In this document: one piece after another, positions 30,682 to 40,500 of the stretch | Layout of the letters: every line of letters starts with the position of its first letter | Numbering within the stretch: position 1 is the first letter of the stretch | Source of the DNA: Candidatus Woesebacteria bacterium | Lineage (GTDB): Bacteria; Patescibacteriota; Microgenomatia; UBA8517 | NCBI GenBank assembly: GCA_013374835.1 | Contig: CP055307.1 | Coordinates: forward strand, 749,304-813,303 | Reading direction: 5' to 3' | Length of the DNA stretch: 64,000 nt | Translations under genes and position numbers: made by a program | Notes under the pieces: generated by a model | Databases searched by the model: none | Seen by the model: the letters and a program-made list of their open reading frames with translations, nothing else | What the model was told of the DNA's origin: nothing

Positions 30682-31452
30682 TTAACCTCGCCAATTTGTA
30701 ACAATTATCATCGTCAGAAAGACTAGTATTCCCACAAGTGCATATTCCCGAAGAGTTTGGCGAAAGAGTCTCCCCTCTACCCTAGCTTGACCTAAACCGA
30801 GGTAAACGTAGACTTCAACCGTAAGAAATATTGAGCCTACAACAAGTGTGACAGGCCAAAAATATAAAAATATTGCAGAGGTTGTTACAAGATATGAGAG
30901 TATGGAAGAAAAAATAAAAAGTTCTTTGTCGATATTTTTTGTTATTTTGCTCATCCAAAGTCCTTGAAGAAAAAGCGGAAAGGATACAAGGTAAATTAGT
31001 AAGGCATTGATAAATATTTGCGCTTTTAAAGACAATACTGCATCGTACAAAAGAAAGGCCGTAAAAAGTGTAAGAACAAAGCCCACTCCCTTTGCCGCTC
31101 TTGAAAGAGCTATTGTGCGCACAGCAGAAACTGTAAATATATTATTTGTAAGAGCAAGTGAGTAAATTCCTATGCTATAGAGAAGAATTACCGGTACTCT
31201 TGCAATTAAAGACGCAGGCAAAAGAAACCAAAATATACCAACTCCTAGCGTGTAAAGCGTGGGAAGCACTAAAACAAGCGCGGTCGCATTAAAACCAATC
31301 CCCTCTTTAAGAGACCACGTAAAAAGAAGGAGCGTAGCCAAGGAAAGACCAAGTATTCCTGCTGTTTTAAATTCGTTTTCTATTAAATTTATTCCGACGA
31401 ATCCTACAGCAAGAAGTATTGTCGTAATAATAATCTTTGCTCTTTTGGACAT
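30682..31452 (-). CDS. polytopic integral membrane protein (unknown family)
   Basis: 256 aa with about seven hydrophobic helices. Confidence 0.45.
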   Translation of the reverse strand: MSKRAKIIITTILLAVGFVGINLIENEFKTAGILGLSLATLLLFTWSLKEGIGFNATALVLVLPTLYTLGVGIFWFLLPASLIARVPVILLYSIGIYSLALTNNIFTVSAVRTIALSRAAKGVGFVLTLFTAFLLYDAVLSLKAQIFINALLIYLVSFPLFLQGLWMSKITKNIDKELFIFSSILSYLVTTSAIFLYFWPVTLVVGSIFLTVEVYVYLGLGQARVEGRLFRQTLREYALVGILVFLTMIIVTNWRG

Positions 31453-32187
31453 TCAGCGATTGATATTTGAATCCGATAGATTCGAATAAACTCTTTGTAC
31501 ATCGGAGTGATCTTCAAGTTTTTTAATAAGAGAAGCTATTTTTTGGGCATCGGCTTTTTCCGGAACAACAAAATTTAAAGGTTTTTGGACAAGCTGCGCT
31601 TTCTGGACATTAAATCCCTTTTTTTCCAAAAGCTCTTTGTAATCAAAAAGCTCTTTGGGCGGAACAAAGACGACAGCCAAAGACTCAGCCTCCTCTATCT
31701 CTTCCACTCCTGTATCTATCAAAGAAAGAATAAGATCTTGAAGCGATTCATTATCTTTTTTGGATACCAAAATCATTCCTTTTGAAACGAAGTTAAAAGA
31801 CACCGATCCCGGACCGGCAAACCTACCTCCCGATTTCTCAAAGATATTTTTAATTTCCTGGCCGGTTCTGTTTTTATTGTCTGAAGCCGCTTCGACCATT
31901 AAGCTGACTCCGCCCGGGCCAAATCCTTCATATGTTATTTCTTCCAAATTCGCATCTTGGCTTTGCCCTCTTGCAATCGCACGCTCAATGTTTTCTTTTG
32001 GCATATTTGCCTGCCTAGCCGCATCCACGGCAATTCTTAATTTGTAGTTTGTATGCGGGTTATCCCCTCCCCCGGTTTTTACAGCTATTGATATAGCGCG
32101 AGAGAGTTTAGAAAAAAGATTTCCTTTTGCTGCGTCGTTTGCCGCTTTTTGTCTCTTTATTGTTGACCACTTGCTATGACCACTCAT
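31453..32187 (-). CDS. yebC: YebC/PmpR family transcriptional regulator
   Basis: MSGHSKWSTIKRQKAANDAAKG N-terminus. Confidence 0.85.
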   Translation of the reverse strand: MSGHSKWSTIKRQKAANDAAKGNLFSKLSRAISIAVKTGGGDNPHTNYKLRIAVDAARQANMPKENIERAIARGQSQDANLEEITYEGFGPGGVSLMVEAASDNKNRTGQEIKNIFEKSGGRFAGPGSVSFNFVSKGMILVSKKDNESLQDLILSLIDTGVEEIEEAESLAVVFVPPKELFDYKELLEKKGFNVQKAQLVQKPLNFVVPEKADAQKIASLIKKLEDHSDVQRVYSNLSDSNINR

Positions 32188-32258
32188 TTTGGCTTTATTA
32201 TATCACTAAAACACCCTTGACATAGAGAATCTTACATTTATACTCATAAGGAAACAGG

Positions 32259-32867
32259 ATGCAAGACCTTGCCCGAAAAGCGATAGATTACGCACTTCAG
32301 AATAACTGGAGAGAGGCTATTAAAATAAACAAAAAAATACTCAGTCTTGCGCCTGAAAATGTGGATGCACTAAATAGATTGTCCAGAGCGTATTTTGAAT
32401 TGGGAGATATCCAAAGCGCAATAGAATGGGCAAACAAAGCTATTTCTGTGGATTCGCTTGATCCAATTGCGCAAAGAAATCTTGAAAGGTATAGTCTTTT
32501 TTCTTCATCATCGCCTGCGGAAAAAATTGAAAAGCGAATATCTATTTCTACAACTTTTCATAAAACATTTTTGGAAGAACCGGGCAAGACTAAGGTCATA
32601 AATTTACTGCATGTCGGAGATAAGAGAATTATATGCTCGATGGGGTGCGGGGAGCCTGTAAAAATACTTGCCAGCGAACACAGAGTAAGTATTTCAAGTT
32701 TTGACGGTAAATATATAGGCAGATTTCCAGATGACATTGCCCGTCATGTTATCAATCTTATGAATAAGGGTGAAAAATACAAAGCTTATCTTAAATCATG
32801 GTCTGAGGGGGAAGTTAAGGTAATAATTAGACTAGAATCTTCGGGCAAATTCACTGCCGAGCACTAA
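32259..32867 (+). CDS. TPR-repeat protein
   Basis: Two or three TPR helices (ALNRLSRAYFELGDIQSAIEWANKAI). Confidence 0.6.
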   Translation: MQDLARKAIDYALQNNWREAIKINKKILSLAPENVDALNRLSRAYFELGDIQSAIEWANKAISVDSLDPIAQRNLERYSLFSSSSPAEKIEKRISISTTFHKTFLEEPGKTKVINLLHVGDKRIICSMGCGEPVKILASEHRVSISSFDGKYIGRFPDDIARHVINLMNKGEKYKAYLKSWSEGEVKVIIRLESSGKFTAEH

Positions 32868-33749
32868 CTCTAAATCAACATCCGTGTTTTCTTTTCCTAA
32901 GCTACAGCCCAGAATATTAGAGACTTTCTGAGAAAAAGACTTATTGCCAGCGTAGTTTACGATACAATTAACACTTGAATATTCTTTTTTTTCGATTCCT
33001 ATTACTTTTGCGCCCAGCGCTTCCAAAATAGCGGTCAAGTTTTGTATGTCTAATTTAGATAAAGACGAATCGCTTTTATCGACGAGCTTAATTTTTGGGG
33101 GCTGTTGTTTGAAAAGTTCGTTAACTACAAAAAGCTTTGTTAATGATGGAGGTGGGTTGTTTTTTGCAATAAAGCCATCTTCCCCGCTTGCAAGACGAAC
33201 TTTTTCAAAAAACATTGTCTCAGCCAGATTTATATTATATGTATTTGACGGCTGAATTTTTAAACTAAAAAGATAAATTATTATTTTGTCTTTAAAAGAA
33301 AGGTTTGTTTGGTAAAAGTTGACAAAAGAGCGAGTTTTGGACAAAAGACTTCCTTGCCAAAAACCAAGAAAGTCACTGTCTGCCCATGCATCTATTGGCA
33401 TTTTAAGAGATTTTGTAAGACTCTTCGAAAGAAGCTCACCTTCCAACCCCTCTTGCTTTCCCAGATCCCATACAGAACCCACCTGCCACTTGCCTAGTCC
33501 GTAGGACAAATCAATCTGTGTATTTTTAGGAACATTGATTTTTGTAACTGAATTTGTATTTCTATCTATTACTACGATAGAGGCACTTTTGTCTCTTTCG
33601 TTGACAGCGACAACCAGCCTTGTTCCTCCGATCCAAAGTGACTTTTGAAGAACAATTTTTAAGATTATGAAAATTACCAAAGCAAGAGGGACGAAAAACA
33701 AGAGTCGAGCTTTATTTTTTTTGCTTTTATTTTTTCTGCGGGCAGGCAT
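32832..33749 (-). CDS. LytR-CpsA-Psr (LCP) family cell-envelope protein (probable)
   Basis: Basic N-terminus and a TM helix. Extracellular domain with an LCP-like block (SIVVIDRNTNSVTKINVPKNT...IDAWADSDF) and a LytR_C-like C-terminus. Confidence 0.5.
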   Translation of the reverse strand: MPARRKNKSKKNKARLLFFVPLALVIFIILKIVLQKSLWIGGTRLVVAVNERDKSASIVVIDRNTNSVTKINVPKNTQIDLSYGLGKWQVGSVWDLGKQEGLEGELLSKSLTKSLKMPIDAWADSDFLGFWQGSLLSKTRSFVNFYQTNLSFKDKIIIYLFSLKIQPSNTYNINLAETMFFEKVRLASGEDGFIAKNNPPPSLTKLFVVNELFKQQPPKIKLVDKSDSSLSKLDIQNLTAILEALGAKVIGIEKKEYSSVNCIVNYAGNKSFSQKVSNILGCSLGKENTDVDLELVLGSEFARRF

Positions 33750-33754
33750 AGTAG

Positions 33755-35419
33755 TTAAAAATTTTCTTTATTTAATCTAGCCAAACTTTTAAATTTTGAC
33801 TTTTTCTTTAAATAAATTACAATAAGATGCTTTATAAAGTCCGCTGCTACGAAATCCGGAATTACCGCGTAGTCGGCAGCGTTTTCGTAGAGCTTTTTCC
33901 CCTCCTCCTTCCCCATTGCGGTAAAAATTGTAAAAGGCTTTTTAGGAAAACTTTTTATTATGTCCAGAAAAGCAAGATTGTCGTTTAGATTATTTATTGT
34001 GGAAATAACAAGGCTTGCTTCAGAAATATTTGCCGCCTTAACAATCTCCTCATCGGCAATATCGCCAAAGATTACCTCTACTCCATCGCTCAAGAGACGC
34101 GAGAAAACTTTTGGATCATAATCAATTACATTAAATTTAATTTTTTTGCTCGTTAAGTATTTGACTAGTCTAGAACCCGTTTTGTCGCAGCCTATTATAA
34201 CAATATGATTTTTGTTTTCACTTTGCTTACCAAATTTTTTTTCGTTTGGAAAACGTTTTTCAAAAATAGATAGCATTTTTTCGACTTTTTTATAAATTTT
34301 GTCCGCACCCAATATTAAATAAGTAGAAGTAACCATTGTAATTATTCCAACAATTACGACTGTTGCTACATCGGCTTCGGTAACGTGACTAAAACCCAAG
34401 CCAACAGACATCAATATAAATGAAAATTCAGAAATTTGAGCTACAGTAAGACCTGCCAAAAAGGATGTTTTTTTTCTATAACCCATTAGACCCATTATTA
34501 TCATTACTATAAGAGGGTTACCTAAAAGTACAAAAAGAGAAAAGACGCTTGCGTTAAGTAAAAGCGGAAATATGGGTTCTGAAACTAAAAGTTCTTTACC
34601 AAGAAGTAGGAAAAAAATTGTTAGGAAAAAATCTCGAAGGGGCCGTGTCTTTGAAGCAATCTGAATATGCTCCGGAAGAGTTGAGAGCGTTATACCAGCC
34701 AAAAATCCACCAATTTCTAGTGTAAGACCAAATGGTCCGGCTACTAGGCTTGCAAAGCCCAGAGCCCAGGCTATACTTGAAATAAACAAAAGCTCAGATG
34801 AACTGGCTATGGTTTTCTCAATAATACCAGGGATAATTTTTTTGGATAGAATAGAGACTATAAATATTAAAATTCCTGCTTTTATAAGAAGAGTAAGCGC
34901 TTCTTCTCCAGCAAAACCGCCCTTTCCAAGCGACGAAAGCGCAAGCAGTATCCCTACGGCAACAAAATCCTGAACCAACAAGAAACTTATTGAAATCTTG
35001 CCATATAGGCTATCTAAGTCCTGTTTTTCAGAAAGAAGCTTTACCATAATTATCGTGGATGAAAAAGTAAGCGATATCGCGATATAAATTGACGTTATTG
35101 CACCGAAACCGAGCAATCCCGCTAAAATAAATCCCAATAGTGAAGTGAAAACTATCTGGCCGACACCCGTCAAAAGCGCTATTTTTCCAAGGAACGGAAA
35201 TTGCCTTATATCCATCTCAAGTCCAAGTAAAAAAAGAAGAAGGGTGACTCCAATCTTGCCTAATGATGATAAAGCCTCGCTCTCCTTTATCAAGCCTGCT
35301 GCTGCAAGAATAAAGCCCGCTAAGAGATAGCCTACAATTATGGGTTGCTTGAGGATTTTTGCCAGCAAACCAAAAGTGGCCGCTACAGCTATAATTATCG
35401 AAACAGATGTGAAGTCCAT
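33755..35419 (-). CDS. Kef-type cation:proton antiporter with C-terminal RCK/TrkA-N domain
   Basis: CPA2 membrane domain plus an HIVIIGCDKTGSRLVKYL Rossmann motif. Confidence 0.75.
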   Translation of the reverse strand: MDFTSVSIIIAVAATFGLLAKILKQPIIVGYLLAGFILAAAGLIKESEALSSLGKIGVTLLLFLLGLEMDIRQFPFLGKIALLTGVGQIVFTSLLGFILAGLLGFGAITSIYIAISLTFSSTIIMVKLLSEKQDLDSLYGKISISFLLVQDFVAVGILLALSSLGKGGFAGEEALTLLIKAGILIFIVSILSKKIIPGIIEKTIASSSELLFISSIAWALGFASLVAGPFGLTLEIGGFLAGITLSTLPEHIQIASKTRPLRDFFLTIFFLLLGKELLVSEPIFPLLLNASVFSLFVLLGNPLIVMIIMGLMGYRKKTSFLAGLTVAQISEFSFILMSVGLGFSHVTEADVATVVIVGIITMVTSTYLILGADKIYKKVEKMLSIFEKRFPNEKKFGKQSENKNHIVIIGCDKTGSRLVKYLTSKKIKFNVIDYDPKVFSRLLSDGVEVIFGDIADEEIVKAANISEASLVISTINNLNDNLAFLDIIKSFPKKPFTIFTAMGKEEGKKLYENAADYAVIPDFVAADFIKHLIVIYLKKKSKFKSLARLNKENF

Positions 35420-35443
35420 ATCTAATAAGAGTCTATCTGAGCC

Positions 35444-36154
35444 TTATTGCTCTTGTAAAGAAGAAAGGACGCTTGCTAAGTCTTTCGGAAGAGGGGATTT
35501 GAAAAGTAATTTTTTTTGAGTTTTGGGGTGAACAAAGCAGATTTCACCGGCATGAAGAAAAAGCCTTGGACACCACATTTTATCTTTTCTTGAAGTTTTT
35601 CTGCCTGCATAGAAATCATCTGATACGATAGGATGTCCTAGATATTTCATATGAACTCTGATTTGGTGTGTACGGCCGGATTTGGGGAAAAGTTTAAGAA
35701 AGCTATAAGTAAGCTTTTCTTTCTGATTTGTATAAAACTTAACTAGTTCATAATCTGTTTGTGCCTCTTTTCCGCCGGGAAATACGCCAAAGCGCTCTCT
35801 ATTCCAAGGAAGCCTGCCTATAGGAGCGAGGACTTTCCCTTTTGGGGGATCTACTCGACCATGGACAAGAGCATAATAAATTTTTTGGGTTGTTCTTTTT
35901 TTAAATTGACTTTGGAGAATTTGCAGAGAGCTTGTGTTTTTGGCAACAAGCAATATTCCGCTTGTGTTTTTGTCCAATCTATGAGCTATACCACTTCTTG
36001 CTTTTTTGTCTTTTGCCAGGGGATAATTTTTTTTCTCAAGCCATGACTGCAAAGTGGGCGTTTTTACCGTTTCGGCTTCGTTTACCACCCAACCTGAGGG
36101 CTTATCAATAACAATAATTTCTTGGTCTTCATAAATAATTCTGGGGTTTTTCAC
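35444..36154 (-). CDS. RluA-family pseudouridine synthase
   Basis: HRLDKNTSGILLVAK catalytic-Asp motif. Confidence 0.8.
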   Translation of the reverse strand: MKNPRIIYEDQEIIVIDKPSGWVVNEAETVKTPTLQSWLEKKNYPLAKDKKARSGIAHRLDKNTSGILLVAKNTSSLQILQSQFKKRTTQKIYYALVHGRVDPPKGKVLAPIGRLPWNRERFGVFPGGKEAQTDYELVKFYTNQKEKLTYSFLKLFPKSGRTHQIRVHMKYLGHPIVSDDFYAGRKTSRKDKMWCPRLFLHAGEICFVHPKTQKKLLFKSPLPKDLASVLSSLQEQ

Positions 36155-36573
36155 TTACTTTTTTCTTTTTTGGATTCACATTTGACGCAGAGCGTGGCTT
36201 CCGGATATATCATAAGCCTATCCGTGTCTATCATCTCACCGCACGACTCACATATGCCGTATTTGCCAATTTTAATCCTTGTAAGGGCGCGTCTTGTTTG
36301 AATTATTTTTCTTTCCAAGTTATTAACAATTGCCCTGCTTTTTGCATGCCCAAATTGCTCTTCTGCATCCGCATCTGGGGCTGCGTTATCTAATATTCTA
36401 TCCACATTTTTGAAAGGATCCGAATCTTCGACATCCTTTTTTCTTTTTTTTAGGTATTTGATCTGATCGTTTAAGAAATATGCAACTGGAATAACCAGCT
36501 TTGCCGGATACCTAACGGGTGCTATTACTACCTTTCCAATTTTTTTAGCTTTGCTTGCTTTTTTATCAACCAT
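36151..36573 (-). CDS. DksA/TraR-family C4 zinc-finger protein
   Basis: C-terminal CESCGEMI...CVKC zinc finger. Confidence 0.6.
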   Translation of the reverse strand: MVDKKASKAKKIGKVVIAPVRYPAKLVIPVAYFLNDQIKYLKKRKKDVEDSDPFKNVDRILDNAAPDADAEEQFGHAKSRAIVNNLERKIIQTRRALTRIKIGKYGICESCGEMIDTDRLMIYPEATLCVKCESKKEKSK

Positions 36574-37207
36574 GGCTTTCAGATAAATTATACACCAAAA
36601 AAAACATAAGAAAAGAAATTATAGCAGATGGAATAAGATCGACTCTTCCTGCAACAAGAAAGCTCTGAGGAAGTTTTATTGCCAAAACAACTCGAATTAG
36701 AAAAAATGCTCCCAACGTAAATATTCCAGACAAACCTATCTTTCCCGATTTATACCAAGAAAACGATTTGTATTTTGATTTAAGAAAAGTAAACAAAATA
36801 CCGAGAAAAAAAATAATTGCCAGAAATAGTAAAAAATGATTATCTCTTGTAAGCAAATAGCTTGTTAAAGAATAAAGAGATGCGATTATAAAAATTCCCG
36901 GCACTAGGGATTCGATAGCCTCATACGGCTTGATTTTCAATTTTTTAGCTGAATATAAAAGTGCTAAAAAAAAACCCAATAGACTTCCCCAAAACCAAAA
37001 CCCCTTGGGATTAATAATAACGTTTGTGGAACTGTCTTTAGCGGGCAAATAAATTGTCAATAAGCCTAGAAACATTCCGATTAGCATGATTAGTCCACTC
37101 GAAAAGATTTTTTCTTTTTCGTAATCTTCTTTTAGAGCCCTCCAATAAATGAAAAGTGTTGCGATAGAACCTAGAAATAGAGCTAATAATTTAATAAAGT
37201 TTGACAT
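36566..37207 (-). CDS. prolipoprotein diacylglyceryl transferase-like membrane protein (divergent Lgt)
   Basis: Blockwise similarity to Lgt TM segments (GLSGIFTLGAFFLIRVVLAIKLPQ against the Lgt [20 protein letters not shown]). The track ORF extends to 37465, but that N-terminus looks non-coding, so the start was trimmed to the ATG at 37207. Confidence 0.45.
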   Translation of the reverse strand: MSNFIKLLALFLGSIATLFIYWRALKEDYEKEKIFSSGLIMLIGMFLGLLTIYLPAKDSSTNVIINPKGFWFWGSLLGFFLALLYSAKKLKIKPYEAIESLVPGIFIIASLYSLTSYLLTRDNHFLLFLAIIFFLGILFTFLKSKYKSFSWYKSGKIGLSGIFTLGAFFLIRVVLAIKLPQSFLVAGRVDLIPSAIISFLMFFLVYNLSESHG

Positions 37208-37248
37208 CTTGCGAGTACAAAGTATATTATACTTTAAACATTCATTCC

Positions 37249-37707
37249 ATGCTTGAAACACCACACGCAATAATCGGGGCTTCTCTTGCCACAAAAATTC
37301 CCAATCCACTAATATCCCTACCTCTTGCGTTGGGAAGTCATTTTGTTCTTGACAAAATACCCCATTGGAATCCACACCTAAATACCGAAACGAAAAGGTA
37401 CGGAAAAGTGACCAGAAAAACCACTGCAATTGTGGCTTTAGATATAAGTTTCGCATTTGTTTCAATCTTGTTTATCGCATCAAGAGCTACCAGTGAGCAC
37501 CAGTTTGTAATAATAATTCTTGGGGCTTTTTTGGGCATACTGCCAGACCTGGTAGAGGGACCTTATTTTTTTCTTAATTGGAAGTCAAAATTAGTTGAAA
37601 GGTGGATACGTTTTCAAAAATCTATACAGGTAGATACGAGTTTGATCCCCGGTCTTCTAACTCAGCTTGTTACAATTGCTGCCTCGCTGTTGTGGATTTA
37701 TTTTTAA
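37249..37707 (+). CDS. hypothetical membrane protein
   Basis: Three or four TM helices. Start chosen at MLETPHAIIG so it does not overlap the Lgt-like gene. Confidence 0.4.
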   Translation: MLETPHAIIGASLATKIPNPLISLPLALGSHFVLDKIPHWNPHLNTETKRYGKVTRKTTAIVALDISFAFVSILFIASRATSEHQFVIIILGAFLGILPDLVEGPYFFLNWKSKLVERWIRFQKSIQVDTSLIPGLLTQLVTIAASLLWIYF

Positions 37708-38264
37708 TTTACTCTTTCGACGTAGGTAATTGATCTTGTATCAACTCTGATTTTATCCCCATTATTAATAAAAAGCGGAACTTTTATTTTTAGTCCATTT
37801 TCCAAAACTGCCGGTTTGTAGATATTTGTAGCCGAATTGCCCTTTACTCCTGGTACTGTGTCAACTACTTTTAAGTTGACTTTGGGTTTTATTTCAACAG
37901 ATAATGGTTTGTCCCCCCAAAAAAGCACGTTTATGTCCTCACCTTCTTTGCAAAAATAAATATCATCTCCGATTGTCGAAAGAGGTATTGAAATCTGCTC
38001 AAAGGTTTTGGGATTTATAAAATACGCTTCTTTGTCGTCTTTATAAAGATATTGGAGTTTATCTTTAACCGTTGATATTTCTTCAAATTTTTCCGAAGAA
38101 TTAAAAGTTTTTTCCTCCAGCGCGCCTGTTGTCAAATTTCTTATAGATACTTTGACATTTGCTCCTCCCCTGCCGATTTTTTGGTGTGTATATTTAACCA
38201 CCTTACAGGGTTTACCTGAAAGCAGAAATGTAGTGCCGTTTTTAAGCTCAGTTGCTTCTATCAT
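37704..38264 (-). CDS. efp: elongation factor P
   Basis: KPCKVVKYTHQKIGRGGANVKV KOW-like N-domain and OB domains. 186 aa. Confidence 0.9.
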   Translation of the reverse strand: MIEATELKNGTTFLLSGKPCKVVKYTHQKIGRGGANVKVSIRNLTTGALEEKTFNSSEKFEEISTVKDKLQYLYKDDKEAYFINPKTFEQISIPLSTIGDDIYFCKEGEDINVLFWGDKPLSVEIKPKVNLKVVDTVPGVKGNSATNIYKPAVLENGLKIKVPLFINNGDKIRVDTRSITYVERVN

Positions 38265-38304
38265 GAATGATATTTTAACTCATTTTTGGTAAAATAGCTA
38301 TATC

Positions 38305-38390
38305 GGCCGGGTGCTGGAATTGGCAGACAGGCTGGTCTCAAAAACCAGTGGGTGTAACAGCCCGTGTGGGTTCGAGTCCCTCCCCGGCCA
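38305..38390 (+). tRNA. tRNA-Leu (anticodon CAA), type II with long variable arm
   Basis: Acceptor stem GGCCGGG/CCCGGCC. Anticodon stem CTGGT/ACCAG with loop CTCAAAA. Long variable arm. T-arm GGGTTCGAGTCCC. Discriminator A. No encoded CCA. Confidence 0.8.
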
Positions 38391-38392
38391 CA

Positions 38393-39751
38393 TTAGTCCC
38401 TTTTAGTTTCTCTGCCGTAAAATCTTATTCTATCTCCTTTGAAGTAAAAGCTTACTTGGCCTAAGGGGCCATTTCTGTGTTTGGAGATTGTAAGGTTTAT
38501 ATTTTCCATATTTTCATCATCCTCACGCCAAAGAAACATTACTACATCCGCATCCTGCTCAATTGATCCTGATTCTCTAAGATCTGCAAGATGCGGCTGT
38601 TTTGTCCCCCTTTGCTCTACCGCCCGCGAAAGCTGTGAAAGCGCCAACACCGGAACTTTTAACTCCCTTGCCAAGTTTTTGAGTCCTTGAGAGATCTCTG
38701 AAACTTCTTGAACTCTGTTTTCAAGATTTCTGCTTCTGGCAAGCTGAAGATAGTCAACTATCAGCAGATCTATCCCAAAATCCACTTGGAGCCTTCTTGC
38801 TTTTGTTCTCATTTCAAGTATTGAAAGCGCTGGTGTATCGTCTATATACAAAGGCGCTTCCGCAAGCTCTCCCATCGCCTCTGATAATCCCGAGAAGTCG
38901 TCTTCGTCGAGTTTTCCGGTTTTCAATTTCCAGGCGTCAATGTCCGCCTGTGCGACAAGTAGCCTATCAACAAGCTCTTCCTTACTCATTTCCAAAGAAA
39001 ATATACCTACGGGACGCTTAAGTCCTACGGAGATGTTTTGGGCAATGTTTAACGCAAGTGTTGTTTTACCAACGCCAGGACGTGCGGCGAGAATTATCAA
39101 ATTTGATTTTTGAAAGCCCGCGAGCATTTCGTCGAGATCTTTAAATCCCGTTGGAACACCTCTAATGCCTGAGCCTAATTTATGAAGCTCGTCGAGTCTA
39201 TCAAAAGAGTCCGCGAGCGTTTTTTTAACAGGAGTAAAACTTTTTGAGATATGTCTTTGAGTAAGGGCAAATATTTCCGACTCTGCTTTGTCCATAATTT
39301 CCTCTGTAGAGATTGATTCATCAAATGAAAGGTCAAATATTTTTGAGGAAACAGTCATTAAAGATCTTTTTATTGCCTGGTCTTTTACTATTTTCCCGTA
39401 GTGCTCAACATGCGCTGCCGTGGGAACTTTATTCACAAGATCTAAAAGGTAGCTCGTCCCCCCTACCCTCGTAAGCGCTTTTCTTTTTTTAAGATTTTCG
39501 GAAACGGTAAGAACGTCAATTGGGATCCTGTCTTCGTAAAGCTTGATAATTGATTCGTAAATTGTTTTATGTTTTTCCTCGTAAAAGTGACTCGCTTCAA
39601 GAAATTCCGCTACGGTTACTATCGCATCTTTGTCCAATAAAAGCGCACCAAGAACAGAAGCCTCAGCCTCAGTAGAATGCGGAGGCACTCTTACTTCTGC
39701 CTTCTGAACAGAAGCCTGGTTTAATCTATCAAATTTTCCCGTATCAGCCAT
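38393..39751 (-). CDS. dnaB: replicative DNA helicase DnaB
   Basis: 452 aa. Walker A ARPGVGKTTLAL and a DnaB N-terminal domain. Confidence 0.9.
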   Translation of the reverse strand: MADTGKFDRLNQASVQKAEVRVPPHSTEAEASVLGALLLDKDAIVTVAEFLEASHFYEEKHKTIYESIIKLYEDRIPIDVLTVSENLKKRKALTRVGGTSYLLDLVNKVPTAAHVEHYGKIVKDQAIKRSLMTVSSKIFDLSFDESISTEEIMDKAESEIFALTQRHISKSFTPVKKTLADSFDRLDELHKLGSGIRGVPTGFKDLDEMLAGFQKSNLIILAARPGVGKTTLALNIAQNISVGLKRPVGIFSLEMSKEELVDRLLVAQADIDAWKLKTGKLDEDDFSGLSEAMGELAEAPLYIDDTPALSILEMRTKARRLQVDFGIDLLIVDYLQLARSRNLENRVQEVSEISQGLKNLARELKVPVLALSQLSRAVEQRGTKQPHLADLRESGSIEQDADVVMFLWREDDENMENINLTISKHRNGPLGQVSFYFKGDRIRFYGRETKRD

Positions 39752-39767
39752 TAATATTAAAAGAGGT

Positions 39768-40418
39768 TTAATTTTTTTCCAGAAGAGCTACGTATTGATC
39801 TTCTGCAGGCATGCTACCCTCTTTTACTTTTAAAGTGGGCAGTTTTTCTACCCGCAGACCGAGTGCGGAAAGAAAGTTTTCAGCTTTATCAAGTTGCGAG
39901 AATGTTTCTTTATTTAAGCCGGGCATAAAATAGTGCATAGGTACAATAATTTTTGGCTCTATTGCGTGAACTATTTCCACTGCCTCCTGATAGCCTATTG
40001 TAAACTTCCCCCCAATAGGCAACATAAGAATATCCAAATCACCTATTATATTTATCTGCTCCTCGGATAGAAGGTGCCCCAAATCTCCAAGGTGCGCCAG
40101 TCTCAAACCTTCTGCCTCAATAACGTAAATTGTATTTTTCCCTCTCTCTTCGCCTTTTTTCTTATCGTGAAAAGAGGAAATACCAATAATTGAGATTTCG
40201 TCTATTTCGTATTCCCCCGGTCCGGTAATTGCTTTTCTGACGCTTTCAATAGCTTCAACAAAGTTATGATCGTTGTGATTATGTGACACCGTTACTATAT
40301 CAGCTTTGATCTTTGGGAATTTAAAGCCAACCATTTTAGGATCAAAGGGATCGGTTATTAACAATGAAGTTTTTGTTTTAATTTTGAATGATGAGTGTCC
40401 GAGAAATGTAATTTCCAT
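39768..40418 (-). CDS. MBL-fold metal-dependent hydrolase
   Basis: TVSHNHNDH motif. Confidence 0.65.
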   Translation of the reverse strand: MEITFLGHSSFKIKTKTSLLITDPFDPKMVGFKFPKIKADIVTVSHNHNDHNFVEAIESVRKAITGPGEYEIDEISIIGISSFHDKKKGEERGKNTIYVIEAEGLRLAHLGDLGHLLSEEQINIIGDLDILMLPIGGKFTIGYQEAVEIVHAIEPKIIVPMHYFMPGLNKETFSQLDKAENFLSALGLRVEKLPTLKVKEGSMPAEDQYVALLEKN

Positions 40419-40500
40419 TTGGGCTCATCGTAACAAATGCATCGTTTCTTGACAAGTAAGAGTTTGATAATCTATAGTATCCGCACACATCAACACAAAA

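Noticed and set aside
36566-37465. Full 299-aa track ORF for the Lgt-like gene
   Set aside because: The N-terminal 86 residues (MKQMRNLYLKPQLQWFFWSLFRTFSF...) are Trp/Phe/Arg-rich with no TM pattern. They overlap a plus-strand membrane-protein ORF. The ATG at 37207 gives a coherent membrane protein.
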